Assembly (NCBI RefSeq): GCF_025526975.1
Contig: NW_026515669.1
Span: forward strand, 1,054,001-1,118,000
Source: Fimicolochytrium jonesii
Taxonomy: Eukaryota
Reading direction: 5' to 3'
DNA: 64,000 nucleotides
A program made the position numbers and the translations under genes. Below the pieces are notes generated by a model. The model was not told the origin of the DNA. It saw nothing but the letters and a program-made list of their open reading frames with translations, and made no database searches. Position 1 is the first letter of the stretch; each line of letters begins with the position of its first letter. This document shows, piece after piece, positions 39,934 through 53,257 of the stretch.

Positions 39934-41916
39934 GTTGTGTCGAACGGATCTGCGAGTTGGCCGTGGGAGGGATGGGCTAAGATGGGCGGAAGATGCGTTT
40001 CCTGCGGGCGCCGCAAGTTCACAAGTTCATTATACAGTAGGTTCGTCACTTGAGAATTGGATGTGATCGCGTGTGTCATCAAGCTGCCGAGCTGCGCCAG
40101 GTGAGGGCCTCGGTGTCAAAATACAAAGATACCAGGGTAAGGGATTCTGTCTTCGCCTTGCAAAACGGACACCAGGTTCCCCGACTGACACTGGCAAGCA
40201 TCGTCTCGAACTCGCCATTGTAGTCGTCGAATTCGAACCAATACTTTGATTTTTCGCTTCCGTAAACTTCGTATGGCTGTAAAACAGCGATCGTACCAGT
40301 GTGCCGAGTCAGGGCGTGATACGAACGACAAGACCCTGCAATGGTCGCATGAGTCGATAACGTCCGGCGGGCACAGTCTCATTGGCGCAAACCGGGTATC
40401 ATCGCGGGTTCTATTTCTTGATGACGATGTCCAGGCTTTTACCAAACTTGTGGCCGCACTCGCAATCGAACCTGCGAGGTTGAACATCATTCCGGGAGGG
40501 CCAGTTCGCCGCGCCAGGGCGCAGACATGGCTCGCACGAGTCTGCTCACCGGCTCACCGAGACAGCACCTGTACCCTATGCAGTACGAGCACCGGCATCC
40601 GATGCCGCGGATGCGGTGTGTATTTCCTGTTCATATTCGTGGTGAGGCATCGCAGGTGAACAAAGCTTGGCGTTAGAATTCAGCGTGACCTCGCAAGGTT
40701 GGCGGGTGTTGCGGGTCAGCTAAGTTCGCAGCTTGAGGGTTGGAAGCAAAGGATTTGGCGAATCAAGTCTGATAGGAACGATGACACTAGGAGGGTATCG
40801 TTTTGTGTTTGCGGATATGGGCAGCCGATACTTCTTGCGGCTCTCTCCTTCCTCGTTATTTTGCTGATCTTAAGCCTCAAACTTCGGGTGGCACACGCCA
40901 CTGTCAAAACTTCTGAGGCGAATCCGTAGTGACCGCCGATGGTTGAACGAGGTTGCGGCTTGACCAGTGCGCGGCCTGGGATGCAACGCGGAGGAACCGC
41001 GGCTGTTGCGACCCATGATTTTGGCTCTGCTTCTGCATGTGATGTGCATGTGGTCGGGCTAAAGATTTGGGTCGGTATTCACCTCACCATGAGTCGGACT
41101 TGAAGCTTCTGCAATGCAGGCGCTCTGCCAGTTGATGCGGTGTGTAGGTAGTTGATGAGAAGGTAGGAAGGCTGCTTGGCCAAGAGAGAACCTCTGTTTG
41201 GCCCGCTAGGATTAGATTTGAGCTTTTGATCAAGCGATATCATGGCAAAGCAGTCGATCCAGGTCAGTTCTTTCCCCGGGTCTGGATGCTTCTGTGTTTC
41301 TAAGAAGGAAGCCTGAATTTTGGCCTCCGCCATCACCTCACTGTCAGCCTCGCTGTCGCTTTTGGTCTGCGACTTTCGCGCCGATGACAAGTCACAATGG
41401 AGCTCTTTGATATTTCATACGGTTTCTGTGAGGAACTCATTTGGAGCGTGGGACGCTCGTATTTTGATATATGGAGTTGGTACCTGCGACGGCTGCTGTG
41501 ACGGTTGCAAGAAGCTGTGCAAGTACAAAGCTGTCGTCACATCAACTTGAAGTGATCACCGCCTTCTTCCTCCTCATTCTTTTCCCCAGTCCACATTTCA
41601 AAGCCTGATCTCACCCATCGTTGCCATCGCCGTTGCCGTCAAGTCCATTAGCCTTGAACTGTATTGGGTGGCTCGGCTGCTCTAGCCATTCCAGACCTTT
41701 GGCTCAACCTTCCAGCAACGATGCAGTTGAACGACAAGGCGGGTGTTGCAGAAGAACCTAATTTCCCTTTGGCTTTTAGAGTTGAAAATGGCCGTTGTTC
41801 AAATATCGCCACCCGCGAGACACATTTCCGGTGCTCGGGAACAAGGAAAGCTCCTGTTCTAAAAGTTAGGACCAAGTCATAACTCTTTCACACTGCTCGG
41901 CAGGTCTTCAGTACAA

Positions 41917-44107
41917 ATGGGACGCGATGAACATATTGGGTCCGCCACCTTGCCACCGAGAAGAAAAGGTTTGCCCACGAAAGCATGCGAGGACGGAGAT
42001 GGGAATGAATATGGCGGAGGGGACGGAAGTGGTCCGCTGGTGGAGGATAGGGAGCTCGAAAGCGGCCGCGTACATTCAGACAAATCGCCGCCGAATGAAC
42101 GGAAGTCGGACCAGGCGGCTGCGGCACACCATCCTTTGTTATTGGGAACTTTGCGCACCCTCACGGGGCTGATTACCCTCGCAATACCGATCTCCCTGGC
42201 AGCTATCGGTTGCACCGCAACATGGCCACCTTTCGAGCAATTCTTCGTGCAACGCCTCGGCTGTCCGAATGACGATTGCAAGCTGCCGTATGGGGGAGGC
42301 TCGGCCGAAGTGAAGAAGCTTGCCGTGTACGGATTCTTTGGTATGTCCAGTTTCCGAGGCATGCACACATGTTACTGAATGGCTGGTTGCTGAATGGCTG
42401 GCGCGTAGGATGGTTCTTCATCATAGTCCTCTGCTGTAACTCATGGGATAATCCGATCTTGAAGGGGCGTGGCCCAACAAAAGACGAACTGGAAGCCGAT
42501 CAGGGCGTCAACCTCAGTGGATGGATGCTGAGCAATGCGCCACAGCAGAGTCGCTCCCTCACTCCGAGATTCGTAGTATATGTATTTGCCAGGTTCTGCT
42601 GGGCGCTCTTCGACGTCATTCCCGTCTACTATGCTCCCACGGCGAACGCAAGCATTGGTCTGATCATTGCGACAAATGCCTTCTTCATCTTTTGGATTGG
42701 TTCCACGTTCCTATGGGGCCAGCATTCCCTGAAAGTCAGATTGAGATTAGCGCTCAACGGAACGGGAAACATGCTGGTGGGCTATCTTTTGTTCTATCTC
42801 GGCTTCTATATCACCCGAAACACGGGCCGGTTGCTATTGGTGGCTTCGGTGCTTACAGGGCTCGTCTACCCCGTCGCGAAACTTGTCGGTCTTACGTATG
42901 TCGTGGAGTCGGCGAAGATAGCATATAGCTGGAAATTGGAGGACGTGCTCGGGGGTGGGGCATCACATCTCCTCGGGTTCGCTTGCAATTTTAATGCGGG
43001 GTACGGTGGTGAGTGTCAGTCCGACGTTCCTCTTGCATAGTGGGTGCAAGCGCTGACCGATGCAATTTTTCTTCACATACAAAAGTTCCCTCCAAAGTAA
43101 GGATTGTCACATTTGCCACCGAACTAGAGTTCTGGACGGCAATGGTGTTGACGATATTTTCAGAGGTTGGACTCCGGCTGGGAATGGTATACATGAACGC
43201 TTGTTTCAGAGCTACGGGAGACGAGCAGCCGCAGCAGTTGGAGCCGCTGCAGAGCCCGGTGATGAGCGATGCTGACCAAGGAGAGAGTGCAGAAACGCAA
43301 GGAAGGGATAGAACAGACGCGGGCAATGGGTCCAAGGAGTTTCCTTCAAAACAGCTCCGGTCTACCCTGGGGAAGGGACAACGGAATGGGCCTCCGAAAC
43401 GGACTACCGAATTCAGGCAAGAGCAACAAGTATACAAATCCGGGTTATTGACGGAAGCTTTGGCGCCGGATGGCCATCAAAGTCCCACAACGGCTATTGC
43501 CGGCGCATTTGAGGGGCCATCAGCTGTCATTCCCGCATTCCCGCCACCACCATCCCAAAGCTCACCGAAACCAAAACCATCCCCGACGCCACCACATTCA
43601 CCAAAACGACCGACGTTGTCGCCTTCACATCGTTCCGTCAAACGTGGTCTTCTGTGCCGCCTAGACGAGCACATGCGTTACCATATCGTACAACGCATCA
43701 AAAACCCCGAGTTCCGGAGCCCGATGTGGTTCTCGTTGCACCTAGGCGCCCTCGCTCTGGGCGAATACATTTCGCTCGGTCTCACGTTTGGGCTGATCTA
43801 CTTTCACGGCGACTCTGTTGGCCTTTTCCTCGTCGACAAACGCCTGCCATCCTCACAAGACTCGATATCTCCATCAACATCCATAGAGGGTTCATCGTTC
43901 AAGACGTCGTGGCAAGTACGGATGGTCATTTACTTCGTCCTGGAGCTCCTCATGGACGCGGGGTTGATTGTGCTGCAGCGCAAACAAGGCATATTGTGGG
44001 AACACCTACCCCCGTTCAACGCGATCGCGTATGTGTCGGGGTGGGCGTTTATGGGATGTACGATGTGTGCGTTCTTGACTGTGTATAAAGGATTATTGGA
44101 GACGTAA
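41917..44107 (+). CDS. Uncharacterised multipass membrane protein
   Basis: Three exons joined in frame by GT-AG introns (~42341-42408 and ~43008-43084). Many hydrophobic segments and a long Pro/Ser-rich loop. No family recognised. Confidence 0.7.
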
Positions 44108-44687
44108 ATGGCGGCCCGGTGGGAAGGTGTATGAGGAATTTTGCCTCGATGCATCAAAATGCAGCATACTATACGGGGTCTTTCTGATCTGGTATCTTCG
44201 TCGGCCTTTCAAAGAAATTTGCTCAGTCTAAGCGACGCAAACGAAAATGAAAAAAGAGGGAGTGACAGCGCCGGGCAACGCGCTGTCGAATTGGCAAATT
44301 TTGGGTGCAAAGGAAACGTTTCATGGGCACAGCGAGCTCCGGGTGAGCCTCCGTCGTCCGACCACAAGGATCAGGGATCGCTGATCCTGCGGGGCTGGGG
44401 ACCTGGGGTTCGACCGTTTTTGAAGGCTGTGTGTGTGCAAACTTCAAGAGACCGACCTCAGGCGGGAGAGACGGGAAAAGCGTAGGCCCACATTGGAACG
44501 CACCTTCGACGACAAGCTGACTCCAAGTTCACACTTAGACCGCAGCCCCACGTTGAAACGGCCCGCTGTCTAGACAACACCACGAGAATCGAGCGAGAGG
44601 ACTGCCCATTTTCACCTCACCTGCACGGTAGAATCAAGCGAAACTCCCCCCATTCAGTCCTAGGACAATCGCCGGGATCAGCGTAAA

Positions 44688-46735
44688 ATGACCGGACCGT
44701 CGTCGCTGCTCTTAGCTGCTGCCACCTCCGCTGCTGTGTCCTCGCTCGCCGCTGCCAGCCCTGGACCAGGTCGCAATGTGACCATTCAGACCAAACTCTC
44801 GAAACGTGACCAGGCATGCCCTCAATCGACGGGATTCAATTTTGAGGCTATGGACGGCGACCTCGGAGGTGAGTCTTCCCACGGCGAGTGGGGCCAGGCA
44901 GAAGGAACGGTGTCAAGGGTGTCGGAGCTCGGGGCTTCCGGTTCTCTCATTCTCATTCACACTTACCAATATGCATCCCCCACTAGACGACTTCCTGGTA
45001 GCGAAAGCAGGTCCTGCGGTCGAGACCGGTAAGGACGCCTGTTCATGTGCGACTCTATGCAATGGCTCGCCTGCATGCGACTTCTTTGTCTGGGTAAGTT
45101 GACCCACTTGACCGTTTGCTGTTGCTGTTGCTGCTGTTTCGCCTCACTCTGGCGTCTGCTCTCTTGCAGCGCAGGGATGTGGTTCAGTGATCTTTTACTG
45201 ACATCTCATATTCCTCCATTGCGAACCGCCAGACACCCACACCGTCCGCGTGCTTTATCAAACCACTGGTGACAAATCCCAGCTTTGTGACTGTTTTCGT
45301 CAACGCTCCTGGGCAGACTCGCCCTGGCGTCCTTGCCGATACCGCCAACTCCCCTCTCGCCGTTGGAGTTGTTCCTACGCCTAACATTGCGACTTTACAA
45401 GGATGCATCGACATGTGCCGCGCAATGCCTCGCGATCAATGCAGCATCATTAGCTTCGATAGCACTAACAACGCATGCTATCCCAAAAAGACACCAAGCC
45501 GCGTCGCCGGAAAACTGGTAGGATACAGATCGTCGCAAGTAGGTGCGACTACTTCGACACAAAGACCTCCTGTTCCTGCAACGACAACGAGCCCGGTTCC
45601 TACGACCGGAACGGGATCGAACGCTGGCACCGGCTCCAACGGTGGTGCGGGCTCGACGGCCGGTAGTGGAACGGACGAGAAGGGGAAGGCAAACAACAGC
45701 GGCAGCAAGTCGGGCGGGTCAGACGACCTGCTTAACGCCGGAGGAGGCAGCTCCAGCAAGGTGCCTCTCATAGGAGGAATCGCTGGTGCGGCTGTTATTG
45801 CTATCATCGCTGCCATCGTTCTCTATTTCTATCGGAAACAAACCAAGACTAGCGCTGCCGGCCAGACGGTGGCCGCATACTCAAACGGCAGCGCGCCATC
45901 TAGTCCAGCCGGAGCGGACACCGCCGGTGGGAGCACCCAAGCGATGGCATCCATTTCAGCTGGATCAGGAGCGTCAGCTGCACCTGGAGCTGCCGCAAAC
46001 ACCACTGGTGCTACGACTAGCGCGGGCGCTGGCGTAGCAGCAGCCACAGCAGGCGCCGCCGCCGTTGCTGCAACTCGACCGTCTACGTCAAAAGGCGCGT
46101 CACAACCCCCGCGTCTTTCGGACGTAGCAGCCTACAATCATCACTTGTCTTACCTTCCTGGCCAGACAGTGCTTCCTCATGCTGACCCGCACTACCACGA
46201 CGAGCTCGCCATCCAACACGATCACGCCGCGGCCTCATCAGCAGCAGCTGCAGCATACGGGCTGCCGTATCACCGTCAGTCACAGCCTTATCCGGCTCCC
46301 GCGTCCCCTTATACACCTGGGGTTCCTTCCGGATATGCCTATGATCCATACGCGTACGCTGCTGGTGCCCCACAATCGCCGCATGGGTACGCATACCACC
46401 CGGCTCCCGCAGACTCATCCTCAGGCTTTTACCCATCGTACCCGCCCGGTCCCGCCGGACAACATGAATCATACTACGCAAACAGTCCCTCGGCGCATTA
46501 CGGCTACATCCCCAACCACCCAGCGCACCACCAACCTACGGACGGGTCGTCTTCGTTTCCCCACGATGATGACGGTATCCCAGCTTACGAGACGCTATCC
46601 GCAGATCAGCTGAACGCTCCCACTGTGCACAGGCCCAATCAGTCGCCCGGCGCCACGGCCGGGGGCCCCGCCTCATCAACGCTGGAACCGCAATATTCCA
46701 GAGACTCCAAGACTCTTTACAGGAATGACAACTAA
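44688..46735 (+). CDS. Type-I membrane protein: signal peptide, two PAN/apple-like Cys domains, S/T/G stalk, TM helix, Tyr/Pro-rich cytoplasmic tail
   Basis: Signal MTGPSSLLLLAAATSAAVSSLAAA and a Kex2-like SKR. Cys modules CSCATLCNGSPACDFFVW...CFIK and GCIDMCRAMPRDQCSIISFDSTNNACYPK. TM LIGGIAGAAVIAIIAAIVLYFY followed by RK. Confidence 0.8.
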
Positions 46736-47216
46736 TCAGAGAAGAGCAGACTTGGAGCTACCTCGTCCATCCCAATAGTATAGCTCGCTCTCCTTCGACA
46801 GACTTTCTCTCTGGCGTAAGAGTGATTTGGATTTTTTCAAAGTCCTATATGTGTTGTCGCATCCTGGCGTATTTGTTCATCTAAACCCCCACCCTCCCTA
46901 CAAGACGTCTATTGTAGAAACGTCTCCTATTGTATCTCTTCGTTTAAGCACACCCAAGTTCTTGCGTTTTCCCACGAAGGAAATAGTCCCATCTCACATG
47001 CGAAAGGAACTGCGCGTAGTGTCCATGTCGATGTCCGTTGGATGTCGCGTTTTCGGACAAACCTCGCGTTTTCCCGCTAGCCTTTTTTTCACTCGCACTC
47101 AACCCGTTCGTCTGCCAGTCGGAACCCTCGAAACATACTGCAACACAAAGCATACAGTGCCCTCACCTTCCGACACTATCATACATTCCCTCCCTGGTGG
47201 CTGACGCTCCTCCCCA

Positions 47217-48083
47217 ATGGACAAATTCGTCGTCCGCACCAAACGGCTGAACGCAACCACACCACCGGGCACCCCACCAAACAAAAAACCCGCCCTGTCA
47301 ACCGCTGACCTCCTCAAACCTTCCGCCGCCAATCGGGCAACGTTCAAGACCCAGCACTACACAAACCCGGCCCGCGGCCACCAGGATGGGAGTGGCGGTG
47401 ATAGGGAGAAGGCGAGATCGTATATGGCCGCTAGGAAGGCAAAACTACATGCGCAGGGTCCGGAGGCTGTAAGCGGAATGTTCAAGGGGTGTTGCTTTTA
47501 CGTGAATGGTGGGTACGGTTGATCCAAGTTGGGCTTGTCTAAAGCTGTTCTTTCGTGAGTGCGGAGGAATACAAAGACCCCACCCGGAGACAACACCTCC
47601 AGTCCTTTTCGGGATTGACGGATGTTTGCTTGGAGCTCTATATATACACAGTCTAGAACGGCATGTAGACAGCTCGGTTCACGCCCCTCAGACGTTCTTA
47701 CGGCATTTTCGTTTCATTGCATCCCACAGGATACCAAAATGGCGTCTCGGATCTGGATCTCCGGGCCCTCATACAACGACATGGGGGCACCCTCTCGATC
47801 ACGCTAGGCATGCGGACAGTGACGCACATGGTGTGCACGGCATTAGCCGGCGGAAAGACGCAAAAGCTCCTGGCTGGCCGGAAGCCAACAACACTCAGGA
47901 TCGTTCGTCCTGAATGGGTGTTGGATTCCGTGAAGGAGGGAAGGAGGTTGCCAGAACGTGGATATGGGGTGATAGGGGCCGAAGACGGTATGTATACTGG
48001 TTACACATCTGGACAACGCATAGATATCACTCTTGAGCTGTGTAGTCTTCCTCGCGGGACCATGTTTAGGAAGTCTGACATGA
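47217..48083 (+). CDS. Small stand-alone BRCT-domain protein (Rev1-N-like BRCT); last exon uncertain, alternative end ~48150
   Basis: YMAARKAKLHAQ...MFKGCCFYVNG|GYQ...LRALIQRHGG...VTHMV...IVRPEWVLDSVKEGRRLPERGY fits the BRCT consensus. No polymerase domain follows. Confidence 0.8.
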
Positions 48084-48687
48084 AGATCGCTTTCGGTACT
48101 CTTGCACAGGAACAGGCATAGGAATGAATATTGGCTCATCACACGACTAGTAACATTACCGCATACGGGCCACAGCACTTTCTAGATCATCCCGCGGCGA
48201 CATACAGTACTACGCCAATGTCGCGGAGACGAGTTTTTTGGCGCCTTTCAGCAGGTTATACCCGCAGCCCAATTGAGCATGTGGAAAGATTTTTGGTACG
48301 GAGAGAAAGTGGAGGATTCGCCTGTGGAATTCGGATTGCGCACTGAAACGATCGGTGATACTACTCGATCGATTAGACCAAGGCGTTCTCGCCAACAGCA
48401 TCCCCACCCAAAGCAGCTGAGGGTGGAATGCGAAGGAATACTGTACATGTAGACTCCGGAATACCCAGGCACGGCCGAACGGTCTTGCGAGCGGATGAGA
48501 CCAGCGAGAGGGTGCTGGGTTGGCAGCGCGTGCCATCCAGGAGAACTCACAGATTTTCTTCCAGACAGTAGGGTACCAAAGAATACTGTACTATACTGTA
48601 CATACATAGAAGTTACAGAACAAGCGCAATACTCCCGAAAACGCTGACAAATCACCAACGCGATCCCATTTTTTTTTTTGCACACGC

Positions 48688-49599
48688 AACGTGGAACTCC
48701 TTCGGAGGCCTGCACAAGTGAGATTTACCAATGTGCGGAGCACTCGCCGATTGTCACGTTTCTGCTTAGTATGAGGAGATGATGCTCCAACCCCATGGGT
48801 AACCAACCACCCCGTGATTTCCTAGTACCTACTCCTGAGACAAGTCACAAGGTCCATCGTTTTTTCTTCATCATCTGAGAAGCAGGTCGCGCCCGGACAT
48901 TCGCCGCGATCGGGAAGCATTGGCAGGAAGTGCAAGGAACATCCTGCCTCGAAGCGAGCACGACTTCGGATAACAGGCCTCCTGGCCTCAGGGATGGTCG
49001 CAGCAAGACCCACCCACTCGCTGGCCATATGACGGTAATCAATTGTCCACTAACGGTCACGGACCCACGGTGCCAGCGGTGCCGGCCTGCCGTCCGACAG
49101 GTCCCAGAAAGAACGCTCTCAGGTTTCCACGTCCCCGGTTGATAGTCTGAATCATACTGTATCATGTACAGTACACACACGTTCTGTTGAATGGAAGTGC
49201 TTCAAATCGATCAAGGGTCGTCTCTCGAGGCTTTGGAGTTTGGACTCAGGTTTATGTAACGTCATTCATCAGGAGTTTTTTTTTCTGACTAGACTCCGGC
49301 TACATTTTGAGTGTCGTGATCCTTGATCTCGTCGTGTACGGTGATCATTGTACACGGTGACTCGGAAGTTCCAAGTGCCGAATGCGTGCGACCGTCGTAA
49401 CATACTGTACTATGTGTACATTATATATATATAGTCTAGGCGGCATGGACCACCTCGAAGCCCGGTCGCTCGTTCTACAGTAGGCGCACGCAGTTGTAAC
49501 GCTTGGAAAACGTGATGGAAACAACAGCGGGTTCCGATTCCCGAACGCGTCCAAAGAGATTTGTGTGAGATCACTGATTGTTCGTCGACCGAAAACGTG
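48688..49599. promoter_or_regulatory. Cluster of five CACGTT/AACGTG (low-affinity Pho4-type E-box) sites upstream of the phosphoesterase
   Basis: Sites at 48688, 48755, 49178, 49509 and 49594. TATA-like TATAAAA at 49742. Confidence 0.45.
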
Positions 49600-49843
49600 T
49601 GTGAGTGTGCTACCCAGTGGCCTTCGCAATGTGTACCAGGCCATACCTTCCTGCACCTCGGCGGAGGTTTGGAGGGCCGCCTTGGGGGATTTCGACGGCG
49701 GTTGGAAGCAGGATGAGCGAGACCGTCTTGAAGTCTGAACGTATAAAAATCGGCGTGTCGGAGGGCGTCCTCGGCTCTTTCCTTCACGAAACTACCAATA
49801 TCGTCGCAACTCATAAAGCAGCATCGATCCCACAAACTTCGTC

Positions 49844-50919
49844 ATGAAGAACATTGCTATTGCGCTCGGTGCGGTCGCTTGGTCGGTTGCCGTCGGCGTT
49901 AGCGCTGCCCCGGTGTCTTCTTTGGTGCCCGGAAAGTGGTTTGATCGCGTATTGACTGTGGTACGTGGTCCAGTCGGGAGAAGAGCAAAGTGTTATTCAT
50001 CGTGCGACATGTACCATCGCTGACACTGGTTCGCAGGTTTTTGAAAACACGGACTACGACGCCGCCGTCACCAACTTCAGCCCACTCACGCAGCTTGCCG
50101 GGGGCCGACTCCTCACGAACTACGACGCTCTCTTCCACCCGTCGCAGCCGAACTACCTCGCTCTGCTCACGGGTGACCGCTCTGCGTGGTTGGACTCGAA
50201 CGTCAACGTTAACAAGAAGAACCTTGTTGACCTGCTGGAAGCCGGCGGCATCTCGTGGAAGACGTACCAGGAGCTATACCCCGGTAACTGCTTCGCAGGC
50301 GCAACCTCCGGCAAATATGCAAGGAAGCACAACCCGTTCATTTCGATGGACAATGTGAGGAACAACCCCACCAGGTGTGCCAAGATCGTCGAGGCTGGAC
50401 AGTTCCAGAAGGACCTGGACGCTGGGACTTTGCCTCAGTTCATGTTCTATACGGTATGTGATGATACCTCTCAGGCTCTTGGGGACGTCCAAGCATAGGA
50501 TGCCGCATTGGGCCATGTAAACCTCTACCCAATCTAATGTTTCCCGAATTCCCATCTCCTCCTCCGTCACGTAGCCTGACCTGAACAACGACGGACACGA
50601 CACAAGCCCCGAGACGGCCGCTGCTTTCGCGACGAAGTTCCTGGGCCCTCTTCTGAAGAACCCTACCTTCATGAAGAACACGTTGGTTGTCGTTACCTGG
50701 GACGAACGCGAGTCATTCTTCGGTCGCAACCAGGTTGCCACATTCCTTCTCGGGCCCGTCGTGGCCAACACTGGAGGCGTGAGCGGCGGCCAGGATAACA
50801 CGAAATACACCCACTACTCGCTGCTGAGGACGTGGGAGGACAACTGGAGCCTCGGCAACCTGGGTACCAACGATGTTAAAGCCCAACCCTTTTTGGGTCT
50901 GGCCAGGTCTGCAAAGTAG
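49844..50919 (+). CDS. Secreted phosphoesterase / acid phosphatase (Phosphoesterase family, fungal phosphate-repressible type)
   Basis: Signal MKNIAIALGAVAWSVAVGVSA. Motifs VPGKWFDRV..VVFENTDY, HPSQPNYLAL, YARKHNPF, FYTPDLNNDGHDT, VTWDE and YTHYSLLRTWEDNWSLGNLG. Three exons. Confidence 0.93.
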
Positions 50920-51251
50920 GAGTGTGGACGATAGATTGGAATGGGGCTTGTCTTGTTCCTAAGTAGAAGTTCGTTGTTTGCAAGTCATACACGTAAATTT
51001 CCTTTCGGGGATGTCAATGTACTAGTAAAGTGATTATACCCATTTCTTGCTTTCATTCGTACAGTGCACAGCGTCGCCTAGATCCGATCTATGAACTCCT
51101 CTCCATAACTGCCAAATTGTGCTTTCTCTGAAAGCAATTCTGCAACGTATTGGGTACGATGTCTAGAAATGTTACATATGACATATCGCTACGGAAATCC
51201 AAACTAGGCTACGGAGAAGCTCGAATCTATGCAAATATAAGACCGCTTTCC

Positions 51252-52973
51252 TTACGCCGTCCGCTTCGCGCCTACAGCAAGCCTATCCGCATTATCAACA
51301 GCTTTCCGCGCATTATCACGATACATCACAAAATGGCCCTGCAATAACGCCGGACTCAAAGAACTCTCTTCTTCTTCCTCGCCGACAGCCCTCACCAAGC
51401 CCGCTTTTTCTACAAACCGCGTGGCCAGGGCAACTTCCCCGGGGTAGAACCGCAGGAACATATGCTCGGCTTGATGTGCGTCCACGTTGCCGAGGTAGAC
51501 TTGCACGTCGACGCGCCCGGGGCGGATGAGGGCTGGGTCGAGGCGGTCTATGTGATTGGTGGTCATGAAGATGATGCGCTCTTCGGAGGAAGTGACGCCG
51601 TCGAGTGCGTTGAGGAGGCCGGAGAAGGTCACCATGGATTGGAAGCTAGTGAATGATTGAGACAGAGAGAAAATGCATAAGTAAGATGGTGACGGCAGAG
51701 GAGTTTAATAGAACGGGTGTGGAAGCTGGAATGGGTCCACTTGACTTACCCCTGTTTGTCCGTTTGCGCGCGATTCGCAAATGCAGCGTCCACATCTTCC
51801 AACAGGATAATACTCCGTGGTGGACAATGGTTGAGCAGATGGCTCAGCCGGTCATCGGTCATACCCCGCTCGCTGAGGTTCATGACGCAGATGTTGTACT
51901 CGAGCTCGCCTGCAAGGGCTTGTATGAAGCTAGTTTTGCCCGTCCCAGGCGGTCCGTAGAGCAGGTATCCTCTCCTATATGGTATTCCTGGGTGGATAGA
52001 TTCTGTTCAGAACTCTTGCATTACGCCCAGTCGAGTGTGTCTGTGAATCACGCATCCTCACCTCGGTCAAAATACCACTTTCCACCGGTCATAAACGATT
52101 TCACGTCATGCAAGATCGTATCTGAGATTCCGTCCGCAAGGACGACCGACGCCAGCGGCCGTCGCTTCCTCGGGTTCCCAAACGGCCTCCAATCTGGTCC
52201 GTAGCTCGTGTAAACGACTGTCTTGCCTTCCTCCTTGGCAAGCGCGTTTGTCTTGGCCTCCTCCAACATCTTATGAAACAGTTTCCGGTCACGGCTTAGC
52301 GTTGTCAGCGTTATCGTTTCCCAGGGAGTGCCGGACTTCAGATCAATCATGTTGCGCTCGCGTTGTCGCTCCACCTATGGAAAGCCGTGATGCTTCGTAT
52401 TAGCACTTCCTGCTCGGCCCTCAGCACATCCAGCATTCCCAACCCGCCGGTCATCCTGCGCACCTGTATCCATGCCCCCTCGTACCGTATGTAATGCCTT
52501 CCAGGCCCGGGCACCAACGCAAAAGTACTCGCAACGCTCCCGTTATCCCTCCGCACAAACGACGTTTCCACGCTCAACTGATGCGCGTTCCGCCGTGCAC
52601 CATGATGGCTCATCCACTGCAGGAACCATGCGTAGCTGGTGTCTTTGCTGGGTATTTCCAGGGTGACGAGGAGCCGCCGCCGGGCAAACGTCACTCCGTG
52701 CACCGCGCCCTGTTTAAGGAGCGCTAGCCCTGCTGTTACGCCTATAAGACCAAATCTTCAGGAGACCATATAAGAAACAAATCAGTTCCTCCGCCGCTGT
52801 AACGTATATGCACTGTTTTTCGAAGCGTACCCGGCCGAAAAATAGGGGTTGTTGGTGAATGCGTCGAAGAGCGTGGGACTAGCTCCCGGGACTGCTCCGG
52901 CGGCCGCGCTTCCTGTTCCAGCGGCTGCTGTTCCTCCAGCCACTGGAGCGGCGGTCGGTAGCGGGAGGACCAT
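51252..52973 (-). CDS. BCS1: Mitochondrial AAA chaperone Bcs1
   Basis: [88 protein letters not shown] and [13 protein letters not shown]...[20 protein letters not shown]. Confidence 0.97.
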
Positions 52974-53257
52974 TTCGGTGTGGCGAAAGTAAGGTGTTCT
53001 GGTTCTTCGGAAACGGCGTCCGTGCGTAGCGTATGTATGCGCAATTCCCAGTTGCGAGCAACGACTTCCGACGGACGCGCTTGACGCTCCGAGTTCCCTG
53101 CGACAGTGCCCTTTGGAAAACCCCATCGCCTTTCCGCACCCTGCCCTCCCTCCGTCTCGCTTCGCCTCAAGTACTGTACAGTACATACAGTACCTCCGCA
53201 CGCAGCAGCTATCGGCGGGCAAGAGACAGAGGTCTCCTGCATTCCTGCTCCTCGTTC

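Noticed and set aside
40116..41560. Same-frame ORF fragments on both strands, including a CTLC...CRGC Cys pattern
   Set aside because: Stop-interrupted and no family recognised. Neither strand nor identity can be assigned without a search.
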